Positions 49,442 to 60,256 of a DNA stretch of 64,000 nucleotides are shown here, in pieces; position 1 is the stretch's first letter; each line of letters begins with the position of its first letter. The notes beneath the pieces were generated by a model, which was not told the origin of the DNA, searched no databases, and saw only the letters and a list, made by a program, of their open reading frames with translations. The stretch spans positions 1 through 64,000 of the forward strand of contig CAZUNO010000015.1 in assembly GCA_964621445.1 (NCBI GenBank). The letters run 5' to 3'. This stretch comes from Candidatus Hadarchaeota archaeon. GTDB lineage: Archaea > CAYQAE01 > CAYVLA01. The position numbers and the translations under genes are program-made.

Positions 49442-50308
49442 ATGCGGGATTCACTTGGACTTGATGCCAGTCTGGGAAGCATAATACTCATCGTCCTGAT
49501 CAGCTCCGCCCTGGTGGTATTTACATTGGCCCAGGAGGAGGTGGAAAGCCCGGTAACCATCCTCAAGAACCAGTATCCCAGTAGGATTTACAGTCAGGCC
49601 TCGGTGACCACCAGGGAGAAGATGGATTTCTCATTTAGCGTGGCTGCTAGGAAAAAACTAGCCAGGCTGGGTATTCAATACGTTACCCTGGTGGAGACCG
49701 ATCCCGTTCCCGGACCCCTAAACCCCTCCTCCTCGTGGGAGGGTATTCTGGGAAACATTAGCGCCCTTAAGGCTTTGACCAAGGAGTCCGGGAACCCTTA
49801 CCTGGAAACTGAGGTCAGGTCCATCGAGGTGGAGCACGGAAACTGGTCCTACGAGGGCGTTTTCTATGATTTCCCGGTGGTTAGATTCTATGCCAGTCCG
49901 GAGTGCAGTGACCAGGTGCTAACCTCATTCCTAATGCTGAAGAATGAGACCCATGTGCTTTACTTCGAGGGCATATCGGATTTCTATATCCACCGACTGG
50001 GTCGCTACTACGGAATCTCCTTGCCCCAGGAGGAGAGGAACCGAAGTTCCATCGACCGGATGAAGATACGGAGAAACCAAGAGGTGGCCACCTACTCATC
50101 GGCCCAGGACGCCCCGCCTGGGGCCCTGCCCATAACGGAGGTCCCCGAAAAGGGAAGAGTTGTTTTCGACGATCTGGAGGAACACGACACCATTTCCATT
50201 GACTTCACCATAGAGATACCCAGGAGACCATCCGGGCTGTCCGCTCACCTGATCAGGATATATGCGGACGGCCAACCAGTTGAAATGAGGTTGAACCTAG
50301 TGGAGTGA
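49442..50308 (+). CDS. Exported hypothetical protein
   Basis: N-terminal hydrophobic helix; 288 aa; coupled (GTGA overlap) to the next gene. Confidence 0.7.
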   Translation: MRDSLGLDASLGSIILIVLISSALVVFTLAQEEVESPVTILKNQYPSRIYSQASVTTREKMDFSFSVAARKKLARLGIQYVTLVETDPVPGPLNPSSSWEGILGNISALKALTKESGNPYLETEVRSIEVEHGNWSYEGVFYDFPVVRFYASPECSDQVLTSFLMLKNETHVLYFEGISDFYIHRLGRYYGISLPQEERNRSSIDRMKIRRNQEVATYSSAQDAPPGALPITEVPEKGRVVFDDLEEHDTISIDFTIEIPRRPSGLSAHLIRIYADGQPVEMRLNLVE

Positions 50309-51285
50309 TATGGATGAGATCGAGATTGCTGTCCTTGGTTTTGTTCCTGCTAGTACTTTCGCAGGCCGGTGTATGGGGGGAGATGTTTGAACCTCTGGTG
50401 GTTGTCTACGCCGGGAGGATGGATTACGGAAACGCTCTGGTCGAAATAGTAAATGAGACCGGGACCAGGGCAAGGCTTGCTGAAAGCGACGCCACACTCC
50501 GTGGCCTAATCAGTCTTCCCCAGGTCAAATGCGTTGTAATAGCTGCCCAGAACCCATCGGACTTCGTTTTTCTGAGGGAATTTTCCTCGGTGCTCAGGAA
50601 TTACTTCCTGGAGGGAGGGTCCCTGGTGGGCATCGGGCCCTGCTGTGGGCCCGATCTCGAGGAGCTTTCCGGGTCCCTGTTTCCGTTAAGAGGTAATGCC
50701 ACCAAAAAGGGCAGGCCCATTGATGGGGGCTTTGGCTCGGAATATGTTAGATGTGGAGATCTTGAACCGATAACCGGGAGTCTGCCATCAAGGTTCGTGA
50801 TTACCCAGAGCGAGTATTCATATCGAGCGGGAAGCAGCGGTCCTGTAGATCCGGTTAGCGGACTGGGCGAAACCAGGGTGCTTTTTAGGGACCGCTCCCA
50901 GGGTGCGCCCATGGTGGTAACCCTTGAGAAAGAAAAAGGAGGTAGGACGGTGTCCATGCCCGGATGTCGGGTGGCGAACGTGGAACGCCTACCCTTCTAC
51001 TGGGGGAATTTGGTTGAGAACCAGAAATTTAGACTCCTGCTGGCGGGGGCCGTTAACTGGGCCATGGATGGCTGCAATCGTTACCATTTCCTGGCGGCCA
51101 ATGCCGAAAGTGATCTCAGTGAGGAGAGGCAGAGACTCCAGGAACTGGTTGATGAGGGAGAGAGTCTGAGGGAAGACGCCCAGCGGAATAGAATGATGCT
51201 TCTTGGGGCCCTATGGTCTCTGGGGCTGGTTTTCCAGGGCTTTCTGGTCGTCAAGTATATTTTGCCGGCTTTCAGGCAGAGCTAG
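50305..51285 (+). CDS. Exported class I GATase/ThuA-like domain protein with coiled coil and C-terminal TM anchor
   Basis: Signal peptide; LRNYFLEGGSLVGIG, GGRTV and LLAGAVNWA motifs; C-terminal TM helix. Confidence 0.7.
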   Translation: MIWMRSRLLSLVLFLLVLSQAGVWGEMFEPLVVVYAGRMDYGNALVEIVNETGTRARLAESDATLRGLISLPQVKCVVIAAQNPSDFVFLREFSSVLRNYFLEGGSLVGIGPCCGPDLEELSGSLFPLRGNATKKGRPIDGGFGSEYVRCGDLEPITGSLPSRFVITQSEYSYRAGSSGPVDPVSGLGETRVLFRDRSQGAPMVVTLEKEKGGRTVSMPGCRVANVERLPFYWGNLVENQKFRLLLAGAVNWAMDGCNRYHFLAANAESDLSEERQRLQELVDEGESLREDAQRNRMMLLGALWSLGLVFQGFLVVKYILPAFRQS

Positions 51286-51290
51286 CCGCT

Positions 51291-52307
51291 TTAGCTCCCC
51301 AGGAACTCCTCGGCACGTTTGAGCTGGTCCTCATAACCAAGCAGGATTACCCTGTCCCCAGCCTCTATCAACTCCTCGTCCGGGGGGTTAGCGATACGGT
51401 TCTCCGGGTGATTTTTCTTGGCCAGGGCCACCAGCGTGGTGCCGGTTTTCTGGCGTAAGAGGGGTAACACCTTCCCCACCATCTCGCCCTCAAGGGGACC
51501 ATTCCTGACTCCGAATTCCCGGAGATCCGCTCCCTCCAACCCAGAGGTGACATCATCCACGAAATCGATGACCTTTGGCTCAAAAACGGAGCTGGCCAAC
51601 ATCCTGCCGGTGAGGGCCTGGGGGGAAATCACGCTTTCCACCCCCGATTCCTTAACCAGCTCTATTAGCTGCCTCTCCTTGATCGAGGCGACGACATGTA
51701 TGGATTTATTTACCTTCCTGCATGCCAGGGCCGCCATTATGGTCTTGGAATCATCCCCCACGTTGATGATTACCGTTTCCGCGTCCCCCAGGTTTGCCAT
51801 TTCCAGGGACTCGGTAGAGGTTGGGTCCCCCAGAATGGGGAAGGCTTCCAACCGATTTGTTCTCTCTACACTCTCCTGGCTCTCAACCACAACCGCGACC
51901 TCCATGCCGCCGTGGATCAACTGCTTGACCGCTTCCTCGACGACATCGTCCATTCCCAGTATGACTATGTGTTTCCGGTACTTGCATTCCTTCAAACCCT
52001 TTGATTCCTCCAGAACCCTCCCTAGTATCAGGGAGGCGATTCCTCCTATTGTGAATACGTAGATGCCGAGACCGATTAGTATGAAAACCATTGATATAGA
52101 TCTCCCTCCAGGACTGACTGCCGATATGTCCCCGTATCCAACCGTGGATAGGGTGACCACTCCCCAGTAGACGGAATCGAAATAGGTGAGTTCCTCTCCC
52201 TGGGCTCTGGCCTGGTTCTCAAAGTAGGTGAAGAGGGTAGTGGAGATAAGGAAGATGGCTAATAGGGCAAGGGCCGCCAGATAGACCCTGCGATTATCCC
52301 GCGCCAT
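51291..52307 (-). CDS. MthK-like potassium channel with RCK (TrkA-N/TrkA-C) domains
   Basis: TLSTVGYGD selectivity filter; HIVILG and GDPT motifs; C-terminal GDRVILLG. Confidence 0.93.
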   Translation of the reverse strand: MARDNRRVYLAALALLAIFLISTTLFTYFENQARAQGEELTYFDSVYWGVVTLSTVGYGDISAVSPGGRSISMVFILIGLGIYVFTIGGIASLILGRVLEESKGLKECKYRKHIVILGMDDVVEEAVKQLIHGGMEVAVVVESQESVERTNRLEAFPILGDPTSTESLEMANLGDAETVIINVGDDSKTIMAALACRKVNKSIHVVASIKERQLIELVKESGVESVISPQALTGRMLASSVFEPKVIDFVDDVTSGLEGADLREFGVRNGPLEGEMVGKVLPLLRQKTGTTLVALAKKNHPENRIANPPDEELIEAGDRVILLGYEDQLKRAEEFLGS

Positions 52308-52335
52308 GGTTCTATCATGGGTAATACTGGTGATA

Positions 52336-53409
52336 TTAATGCTTGCCGGATGTGTGTAGAAGAGCACAACGTAGATTCCAAAGGTGGATAAATGGATAGA
52401 GCCGGCGATATGCGTTTTCCGAGAAGAGTTCCTTCAAGGTGTATTTTTGGGTGAGATATGAGATGGCCTTTTCATGGTAACGGTAGGATCCATCCAGCAA
52501 ACCACGAGCGAAATCGGCCACCTGCCTCTCCCCCCTTATGGCCTGGAGAAGCAGGTGGGGATAGCTTCTTGGCTGACCTCTAATAATAGACCGGGCGGCC
52601 GTCAACCCGGAGAGAACGGCTAGATGTGAACCGCCGCCGTGATAGGGGTTGGCAAGCCCGGCCGCATCCCCACATAGGAAAAGATTATCTTGCTGGATGC
52701 TGTTTGCCACCTCATTAGGTATGTGTCCGGAAGTTCTGGAAAGAACCTGGAAATCACCTATCTTTTCCTTCAGAAATTTTTTTAGCCGCTGCCACTTCTT
52801 CCTCGGGGGATGGCATGTCCAGCCTATTCCCACGTTTGCTTCCCCGCCCGACTTGGGGAATATCCAATAATACCCCTTATCCCCGGGAATAAAATAGGCA
52901 ACTATCTTCTTTTCAAGGTCATCAAGATCGGCGTTTATCCTGACCTGTATTCCCAGGGAGAGGGAAACGCTTCCCATTCCGTACTCCCTATAGGACTGCC
53001 CCGGGCAGCCCGAGCAGTCCAGGACGTAGTCATAGTTACGTCTAAGGCGGGAGATCTTGCCCTCATGGTTCAATACGATTTCGGCTCCCCGCCGTTCGGC
53101 CTGGCGGGCCATTGATCTGAGCCAGACATCCTTGTCCATCATCCATATATTCATATCCCCTGGGCTGAAGCTGTACCACCGATGGGCCTTGATGAGTACC
53201 TCCTTTACCCCGGTCCGGGCTCCGGGTGGCGGGTTTGAGTAATGCCCGTAGAGGTCAAAGAAGCCCTCCGCGCACCTAATTACGTGCCCCACCTCCGGCT
53301 CTTTCTCAAGCACTGTTACCATCAAATCCCCCCGGGCTAGCTCCAGTGCTGCCGTGAGACCAGCGGGGCCAGCACCCATTACGGCTACTCTTACCAAGTG
53401 AGACACCAA
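52336..53409 (-). CDS. Geranylgeranyl reductase family FAD-dependent oxidoreductase
   Basis: GAGPAG, CAEG, YYWIFPK, ANVGIG and GDAAG motifs. Confidence 0.88.
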   Translation of the reverse strand: MVSHLVRVAVMGAGPAGLTAALELARGDLMVTVLEKEPEVGHVIRCAEGFFDLYGHYSNPPPGARTGVKEVLIKAHRWYSFSPGDMNIWMMDKDVWLRSMARQAERRGAEIVLNHEGKISRLRRNYDYVLDCSGCPGQSYREYGMGSVSLSLGIQVRINADLDDLEKKIVAYFIPGDKGYYWIFPKSGGEANVGIGWTCHPPRKKWQRLKKFLKEKIGDFQVLSRTSGHIPNEVANSIQQDNLFLCGDAAGLANPYHGGGSHLAVLSGLTAARSIIRGQPRSYPHLLLQAIRGERQVADFARGLLDGSYRYHEKAISYLTQKYTLKELFSENAYRRLYPFIHLWNLRCALLHTSGKH

Positions 53410-53948
53410 ATTGGGCTTGTTACCCGAACATTCTAGATGGTCTTTTCCTTGATATTGATTCCGCTAACAATAGTTGTCTACCCAAATATGGGTTGAGAAC
53501 TAAACTTATCGCCCTAAAATCGGTTTTTTTTGATTTTTTTATTTTTTTTCAAACTTTAAATCACGTAGCACAGCATCCTATTGAGGAGCCATTGTATTAA
53601 AGTTTTATTTCGAGTGCTCTATTTGGATCCTACCTTAGAAAGACCCCCCTTTATTCCTTTTCCACTTGCCTGGACAAAAAGACACCTAATCCCAATGTCG
53701 TTTCCCTATCATCCAACCCCTTTCCTGACAGGAAAGAGCCAGCGGGGGCTATGCTATGCGCTATACTCCACATGTAACCCCATGCTACAACTGTTTTCAT
53801 GACTTCTTGGTCGAGAAATCGCCTCTAAAAAAGAAGATGGAAACCTGAAGTTCCTTCATCGGGAAAGCCCTCCGCAACGAGATGGATAGGGAAAGCACAA
53901 GGCAGGGGGGTAGATAATGCTACAGACTTGAATATATGTTCAAGTCCG

Positions 53949-54318
53949 CAAAGCCGGTTTTGATACTTTAAGCGATCGGAAACCCGTTTCCGCGACAATC
54001 GATTGCCCCCGCTGGCAGCGACCCTAAGTACCAAAAGCCCTTTTGACCCCAGATCGTGAAACCGGTTTCACGTGATGAGGTGTTGGACGAGTTCGAGGAT
54101 CTGTGGGGCAAGAGTCCGTCTATTGATAATATATTATCATTAGCGTCTACAGGTAAAGGCAGTCCTCTCTATGGAAAGATTGGTCCCTATGCCAAGAGTA
54201 TTGGTGTAGATAGAAATATGATCCGCAATAAGATCAACCTCTTGTGGCTGCCTCCCGAAATCGATTGCACGCAGCGACCCCCAGATCGGACAACCGGTTC
54301 TTCGCGACGAGGTGCTGG
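53949..54318. repeat. Cluster of related palindromes / imperfect direct repeats
   Basis: CAAAGCCGGTTTTG (53949), CGGAAACCCGTTTCCG (53977), CGTGAAACCGGTTTCACG (54055), CGGACAACCGGTTCTTCG (54287); the last two share flanks CCCCAGATCG...GAGGTGYTGG. Confidence 0.65.
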
Positions 54319-54375
54319 CGGTATCCCAACGGCCTTGACACAGGTAACCCGTCCGACTGGTTGTACTCACGCACG

Positions 54376-54828
54376 ATGAAAGGCTACAGCAACGCGCCGA
54401 CCGGAAGCAGCCCCAGGGGCGTAAAGAGAACCGGGGCTGAGCTCACAGAGCGTATCTATGGACTAACAAGTAATGATGAGGGATACAACTCCTGCTACAG
54501 TAGGATTAGGAGGAAGATTAGGAGCCTTGAGTCCAAGGGTCTGGTTTCTAGATCCCTCTTCGGCAACAACAAGCCGTTTAGGCTGACCGAGCTGGCGATA
54601 ATCAACCTGGCCAAGATCGGTGGAAAGGAGAAACAGCTTAACGTAATTCCAAGAGTCGATCTGGTTGTATACATATTCACGATCGCTCTGGCAATACCTG
54701 TCTTTCTTCTGTCCGCTTGCTTGATCGATATGGCTGAGCTTTCAATCATAGGCATGTTCAGATGCTTCTGTTTCCTCCTCGGCCTCTCCTTCTGCAGGAT
54801 AGTGCAGAGTGTGAGGAGGGTTTTCTAG
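54376..54828 (+). CDS. Winged-helix protein with two C-terminal TM helices (5' end uncertain, possibly truncated)
   Basis: AELTERIYG...YSRIRRKIRSLESKGLVSR...FRLT followed by hydrophobic helices. Confidence 0.6.
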   Translation: MKGYSNAPTGSSPRGVKRTGAELTERIYGLTSNDEGYNSCYSRIRRKIRSLESKGLVSRSLFGNNKPFRLTELAIINLAKIGGKEKQLNVIPRVDLVVYIFTIALAIPVFLLSACLIDMAELSIIGMFRCFCFLLGLSFCRIVQSVRRVF

Positions 54829-54885
54829 TGAAACCCGTCCGCTTAGAAGAAGAGGATGAAGAGCAGAAAAGGGTGGTTTTTAGCA

Positions 54886-55355
54886 TGAGGACTAAGATCT
54901 CAATCTTTGGGTTATGCTTCCTAGCAACCATGGTTTTCGTGGCCTATACGGGCACTCCTCGTGTAGCGGAGGCCCTACGCAACCTGGGACAGGGATTGCA
55001 GGAAGATGGAAACGAAACTGAGCCGCCAGACTACACCGAAACTGCCTTCGGCGTACCAGTGGTTACTTGCCAGCATGAGATAGTGTGGGAGAAGAGGTAC
55101 AGAGATTGGGAGGCTGAAGACATGATCCCGGCCGGGGATGGCTTCCTTATCCTGGGGAATATCCTCAAGGGGGTCATCAACCTCCGCGCCCTGATGATCG
55201 ATGCAGATGGTGACAAAATCTGGAGTAGAACCTACGGTGGGGCCTATGAGGTGGAGAAAGCAGGAGGCCTGGTTGGTGGGGAGAATGGAACCTACCTGCT
55301 GGCTGGAGGCACCGATTCATGGGGGGCAGGGGAGCGCGAAAGGAAAATACTATAG
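54886..55355 (+). pseudogene. Truncated exported beta-propeller protein
   Basis: Signal anchor, then WEKRY and IWSRTYGG...YLLAGGTDSWGAG propeller repeats, ending abruptly at the AT-rich segment. Confidence 0.55.
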
Positions 55356-55406
55356 TCCTTTAGTCCTTTGATTATATTAATAAGTTCTCAAAAATCCTGA
55401 GAAAAA

Positions 55407-55871
55407 ATGAGTGTTAAAAATAAGGTAAAAAGTGTATTAATACCCTTTTTGGAAGTCCATCCGCCTGAGAAAGTATATAAAGAAGGTCTAAAATCCTTAA
55501 AGGAGAATGGAAAGCTTTACCTTCTCCATATACTTGATGATGCCTCTACAAAGAGTATCCGATATATGACTGAGCTAGGCGAAGAGAGTGAAGTTGTCAA
55601 ATCATTTCAGAAGGCTCAGAGAGATTTGGGAGAAGCAGGAATTGAAGAATTTTTAGAGAAGAAAAGAGCGGAAGGCGAGAAAGGGGTTTCCATAGAAACT
55701 AAATTTGTAAAGGGAGATCCCGCTGAGGAAGTTTTAAAGGCTATTGAAGAGTATTCTATCGACCTTGTTGTTTTAGAACAGTTAAGGCAAAAAAAGGATC
55801 GAATACTGTTTGGAGACGAGATGGATTTTCTTAGAGAGAAAGCTCCTTGCCAAGTTGTAACTGTACGATAG
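55407..55871 (+). CDS. Universal stress protein (USP)
   Basis: LYLLHIL, VKGDPAEEVL, IDLVVL, ILFG and KAPCQVVTV motifs. Confidence 0.85.
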   Translation: MSVKNKVKSVLIPFLEVHPPEKVYKEGLKSLKENGKLYLLHILDDASTKSIRYMTELGEESEVVKSFQKAQRDLGEAGIEEFLEKKRAEGEKGVSIETKFVKGDPAEEVLKAIEEYSIDLVVLEQLRQKKDRILFGDEMDFLREKAPCQVVTVR

Positions 55872-55887
55872 ATTTTCGGCGATAATT

Positions 55888-57339
55888 ATGGGTGGAGGTA
55901 AGGGGGTTAAGGAGAGGTCTGAGATAAGCGAAGAAGTACCTCCTCTTGAAAAACCTCAAAACATTCGGGCAATCGTTTACCTTTTAATTGCTTTTGGAGC
56001 TTTGGCTCTTATTTCTATAATGCCTACCCCCATGAATCCTTTTGCTCAGAGAGCTTTAGGTATTTTAGTGTTTGTCACGATTTTATGGATCACTGAAGCT
56101 TTTCCTCTCGGGATGACTGCGCTTTTTGGTGTCACGTTGTTACCCCTGTTAGGAATACTTCCTCTTTCAAACACTTTTTTGGGTTTCAAGAATCCCGCAT
56201 TGTTCTTTCTAATAGGTGCTTTTTCTTTTGGAATAGCTATGCAGAAAACAAACCTTTCCAAGAGGTTTTCTCTTAAGGTTTTGGATAGATTTGGGAATAG
56301 TGCGTCATACATAATTTTTGGCATATGCTTGATAGGATGTGTTATGTCTTGGGCTATGCCCTCCCATGCTGTTGCGGCGTTACTTCTGCCGGTATTGGTT
56401 AGCATAATCAAAGCGGGAGAGATAAAGCATGATAGTAATTTTGTAGTGGCCGTATTTTTGGCGCTGACTTATTCTACTTCGGTTGGAAGTATTGGATCAT
56501 TGCTGGGTGGAGCTAGGAATATCTTAGCTATTGGTATTCTTGAGACTTTAACCGGTGCTTCGCCAGGTTTTTTGGATTGGATGGTTGCCGGTGTCCCTAT
56601 AGCTTTAGTTTTAACGGTTTTGACTTTCTTCACTTTGAAGCTAATTTACCCTTGGGAGGAAATAGACACCCAAAGAATTAGGAATAAACTACAAGATGAA
56701 GTAAGAGAAATGGGTTCGATGAGTAGAGGTGAAAAAAAAGCCGTCACCATATTTTTTATTACTCTTATACTCTGGATTAGCGTTGGTAGGAATTTTGGAC
56801 TCTCGATAATTGCTATAGGTGGCTTTTTTGCCCTTGTGGTCTCACGGGCGATAACTTGGCGTGATATAAAACGGAACATGCCTTGGGGATTGATTTTCCT
56901 TTATGGTGGGGCCTTGACATTGAGCTATGCATTGACTGAGACTAATGCTGTAGTATATATTTCTAAGAGTTTAGTAGATTTTGTAGGGCAAAATCCTCTT
57001 GTTGTCATGATAACTTTTCTAATTTTGGTTATTGTTATCTCTAATATGATGAGTAATGCGGCTGCCGTTGCTGTCGTTCTACCAATTGCCATTATTACAG
57101 TAACTGGATTGAGCGTGGCTGAGCATTATCCTGGAGAACTCGTCGCTTATCTCATTGCGATGGGATCAGCAATGGTATTTATGTTACCGGTTGGCACACC
57201 TAGTGCAGCAATAGTTTATTCCTCGGGTTATGTAGAAGTCAAAGATCTAGTGAAAGCTGGCGGTGTCCTGACAGTTTTATCAATTTTAGTATTTCTCACG
57301 ATTGGTTTAGGCTGGTGGAAGCTTATTGGAATTTGGTAA
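55888..57339 (+). CDS. SLC13/DASS family sodium-coupled anion symporter
   Basis: LWITEAFPLG, GGARN, MPWGLIFLYGG, SNMMSNAA and FMLPVGTPSAAIVY motifs. Confidence 0.93.
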   Translation: MGGGKGVKERSEISEEVPPLEKPQNIRAIVYLLIAFGALALISIMPTPMNPFAQRALGILVFVTILWITEAFPLGMTALFGVTLLPLLGILPLSNTFLGFKNPALFFLIGAFSFGIAMQKTNLSKRFSLKVLDRFGNSASYIIFGICLIGCVMSWAMPSHAVAALLLPVLVSIIKAGEIKHDSNFVVAVFLALTYSTSVGSIGSLLGGARNILAIGILETLTGASPGFLDWMVAGVPIALVLTVLTFFTLKLIYPWEEIDTQRIRNKLQDEVREMGSMSRGEKKAVTIFFITLILWISVGRNFGLSIIAIGGFFALVVSRAITWRDIKRNMPWGLIFLYGGALTLSYALTETNAVVYISKSLVDFVGQNPLVVMITFLILVIVISNMMSNAAAVAVVLPIAIITVTGLSVAEHYPGELVAYLIAMGSAMVFMLPVGTPSAAIVYSSGYVEVKDLVKAGGVLTVLSILVFLTIGLGWWKLIGIW

Positions 57340-57449
57340 ATTTATTCCAAGCAAGGCTTCGTTGGATCGGTGTTTGTATAAGACCTCTAACCATTACCGA
57401 GAAGAGACCGATGAGCGCTATCAACCAGGTGAACAGATTCCTATAGTTA

Positions 57450-57645
57450 TGTTCCATCCTTGGTTTCGCTGCAAATCTGTGATAACGTTGTGTTGGTGTC
57501 TATAGTGGTCCCTTTTCTTTTGGCTATGATGAGTTCTCTTGTTTTCTCAGGTGGCTCTCAGGTCGGTTGAGCCAACCATGCTATCGATCTTCTCTACAGT
57601 TTTCTGGTCTACTGAGACTCCGAATTTGATTTTACGGCCTGTCAT
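57450..57645 (-). pseudogene. Ribbon-helix-helix protein remnant with probable internal deletion (ends approximate)
   Basis: MTGRKIKFGVSVDQKTVEKIDSMV then a stop; another frame continues KTRELIIAKRKG. Confidence 0.4.
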
Positions 57646-57892
57646 GTCTGTGCACCGGGTGCACGGCCTTGATATCTCTTTTTCTCTACCTGCTGGATCA
57701 TGGTCTGTCTGTTCGTTCACACTTTTGCTCATTTAGAAGCGTGTTAAGGTAGCTGGACCCTGTGAATGGGTGATGGAGATGAGATAGGTCTTCTTTTGTC
57801 GGGTGGGCTCGAATCCTTTCAGCTTGCCCAGATCGCAGAATAGCTAGGCCCCAAATTGTATACTTTCCTATACTAAAAGAAAGGGCAGAATT

Positions 57893-58378
57893 GTGGACTA
57901 CCAAGTGGTTAATGATCTTAGCGAATTGAAAGCTGAACCGGGTTTCAGTATTGATATTGGATTAATAACTCTCCTGCAGTCCAAACTGTCGTTGCTAACT
58001 CTTCTTAGAGGAACTGACCAGATTGAAGACATGGACTACCATTTGTTAATTTGGTATAATGAGAGCTTCAGCGGTTACAGTAACCTTACAATCCTTAAGG
58101 TTAATCTAGAAAGGAGAAACGACTGCGCCATCTGTAACCCGGCGCATTGGTCAGAGTCACTTCAAAAATTGTTGACCGAGGCAGCCTTCTGTATGATCAG
58201 TTTGATCCATGAAGCAGGCCATCTGTATCTGCTATCTAGGATCTCCTCGCTGGCGCAGTTAGAGACTCAGAGAGATCGCTGTGCAGGTAGTTCGTGCCTG
58301 TCATCGGTCCTCACGGTATATCGAATGTTATCTCCACAGCGATTCCGCTGCCAGAGAACCCAAACGAAGATACCGTGA
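57893..58378 (+). pseudogene. C-terminal remnant of a ThiF/E1-like adenylyltransferase
   Basis: AEPGFSIDIGLITLLQSKLSLLTLL and RRNDCAIC (second CxxC); the N-terminal GxGxxG domain is absent. Confidence 0.45.
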
Positions 58379-59719
58379 CGCGGAATGGGGGAACTCCATA
58401 GGGGAGGAGCGATATGATCCTTTGGGAGCACTCGGCGTTGAGTACAGATCCAGTTCTCAACTATTACTCCGCCAGTACTCAGCGAGTGCCCACACTTCTC
58501 AGATCTACTGTGAATCCTAATACGAAGGCTTATCCCCCAAGCCCAAGCGAATCATAGCGTATAGATACTGCTCTCCCCCCTCCTTTCGGTTGATGGTATT
58601 TTCGGCGGATGACCCTACACCGTACTAGTTAACCCAGTTTGGTGTAATCCACATTACACAAAACCAGCTCACGGGCCTATCCGCTGCCGCATCGCTCTGC
58701 TGCTGTATCTGTCGGGGATCCGGGCAAAGGGTATCGGACCTCCCCCTGGGACCCATCGCCGCCCCCTGGCTTCCGAGGATCACCCCGCGGCGTATCGCCG
58801 AACTGCCCCCTATGCGTACGTGTCTGGCGTCGGTTTCTCTCGCTGGTTTTCCCGCTGGCCGGTCGGTGGCTTTCTCGGTCGACGCATCGGTGACAACTGG
58901 ATGAGCTCTGATCGACACTTAATGCTTATTGGGGCGGGAGAACAGCACCTTGGAGTACTTCAGATAGGGGAGAAGAGGGAGGAGCTGTTTCAGGAACCAA
59001 GTTTCGCGCACAGATAGGTCACGAAAACGAGGCAGGCGATATCGAAGGGCGGAAAGCCGAAAACATTTGCTACTCCGAGGTCTCCCAGCGTATACATACC
59101 CTTCTTCCCTCACCACCCCCACAGTCGAGCCTGAGCGAACTCGATAGACACGAGAACCCTACACGGCAGAATGGTGATAGCAGAAGAGGGCCGATGATAG
59201 CGATCTCCGGTAGCAATTCATCCAGTTCTCGAGTCTGGTCTAGAAGCCTTGCTGGGTCTGCTTGGCGTGGCCGCCCCGAACGGTGTTGGTCTTTGTGTAA
59301 TGGCGATTACACCAAGTCTGTTCAGAATCTAGGTAGGAGGTCATTCTATGGGAACAGTCCCAAATTCGTTGTCCCTTCAAGGCATCTCTCCTGTCTATGC
59401 TAGTCAGCCTTATACGGGTCAATATGAGGATACTCGCAGCCGTAGAGCGAGGAGATGTTCTAGCGTCAATAGAGGGAAGATAGGATTCGAGGATTGTTCG
59501 ACTAGGGGGTCCAGAGTTGCTAGATCGATGGCGAGATGGAGGGTCGCCCCGATATAGCTACCGCCCTAGATATGGCTTGTCTAGCCTTCGTTTGGTAGCT
59601 TGATTCTCACAATACCTGAGACGGAGAATTCGTTGGAATGGCCATTACGGACACTGAGAGTGACGGTCTCCTTGAAGTCGCTCTCGACTTTGAAATATGC
59701 CGAGGAGCGCGCTGCAACA

Positions 59720-60175
59720 TCGTCCTGGATGAGAAAACCCGTTTCCTGATAGCGAATGAGATAACCGAGCAGCGTAGCACGCTGGAAACCCGGATGGTTA
59801 TGCAGAAAGCCAAAAAGCAGACCAAGAACGCTAAACCGTGGGTTATGATTAGCGACGGTATGAGTGCCTATCCGTCCGCTATACGACAGGAATTTGGCGA
59901 TGACACCCCAACACATCGGCAACGTGGGCATCCGAGACCGGATAAACAACAACGTGCTGGAACGCTATCATGGCACGTATAGGGAGCGAGATAAGGTTAT
60001 GTGTGGTATGGAAAACAATATTCCGGCCAGGGAGATGAACGAAAACATCAGGACATACTACAACTTCGTCCGAGGGCATACGGCTCTGAACGGACGGACA
60101 TCCGCCGAGGAAGCCGGGATAAACCTGTCTCTGGGACGCAACCGATGGATGAGCCTGCTCCATCAGGCTCTCTAA
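59720..60175 (+). mobile_element. IS6-like DDE transposase pseudogene (5'-truncated, frameshift near 59905-59915)
   Basis: LDEKTRFLIA and ISDGMSAY in one frame; NNNVLERYHGTYRER...YYNFVRGHTALNGRT in the next. Confidence 0.8.
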
Positions 60176-60256
60176 TCCTTTTTCTTTACAGGAAAAGAAT
60201 AGGAAGAAACGAAAGCTTTATTAATTGGCCGCCTTATTACAATCAAGAGAGAAAAA

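Noticed and set aside
53524-53550. Long T-tracts as a terminator
   Set aside because: No convincing plus-strand gene ends upstream; this may be simple low-complexity sequence.
53949-54318. CRISPR array
   Set aside because: The repeats are few, degenerate and irregularly spaced, and there are no cas genes in the window.
58380-59600. Short ORFs in several frames
   Set aside because: None has a recognisable motif or a consistent start context; treated as debris.
59900-59920. Programmed frameshift in the transposase
   Set aside because: There is no slippery heptamer, IS6 transposases are single ORFs, and the gene is also 5'-truncated.
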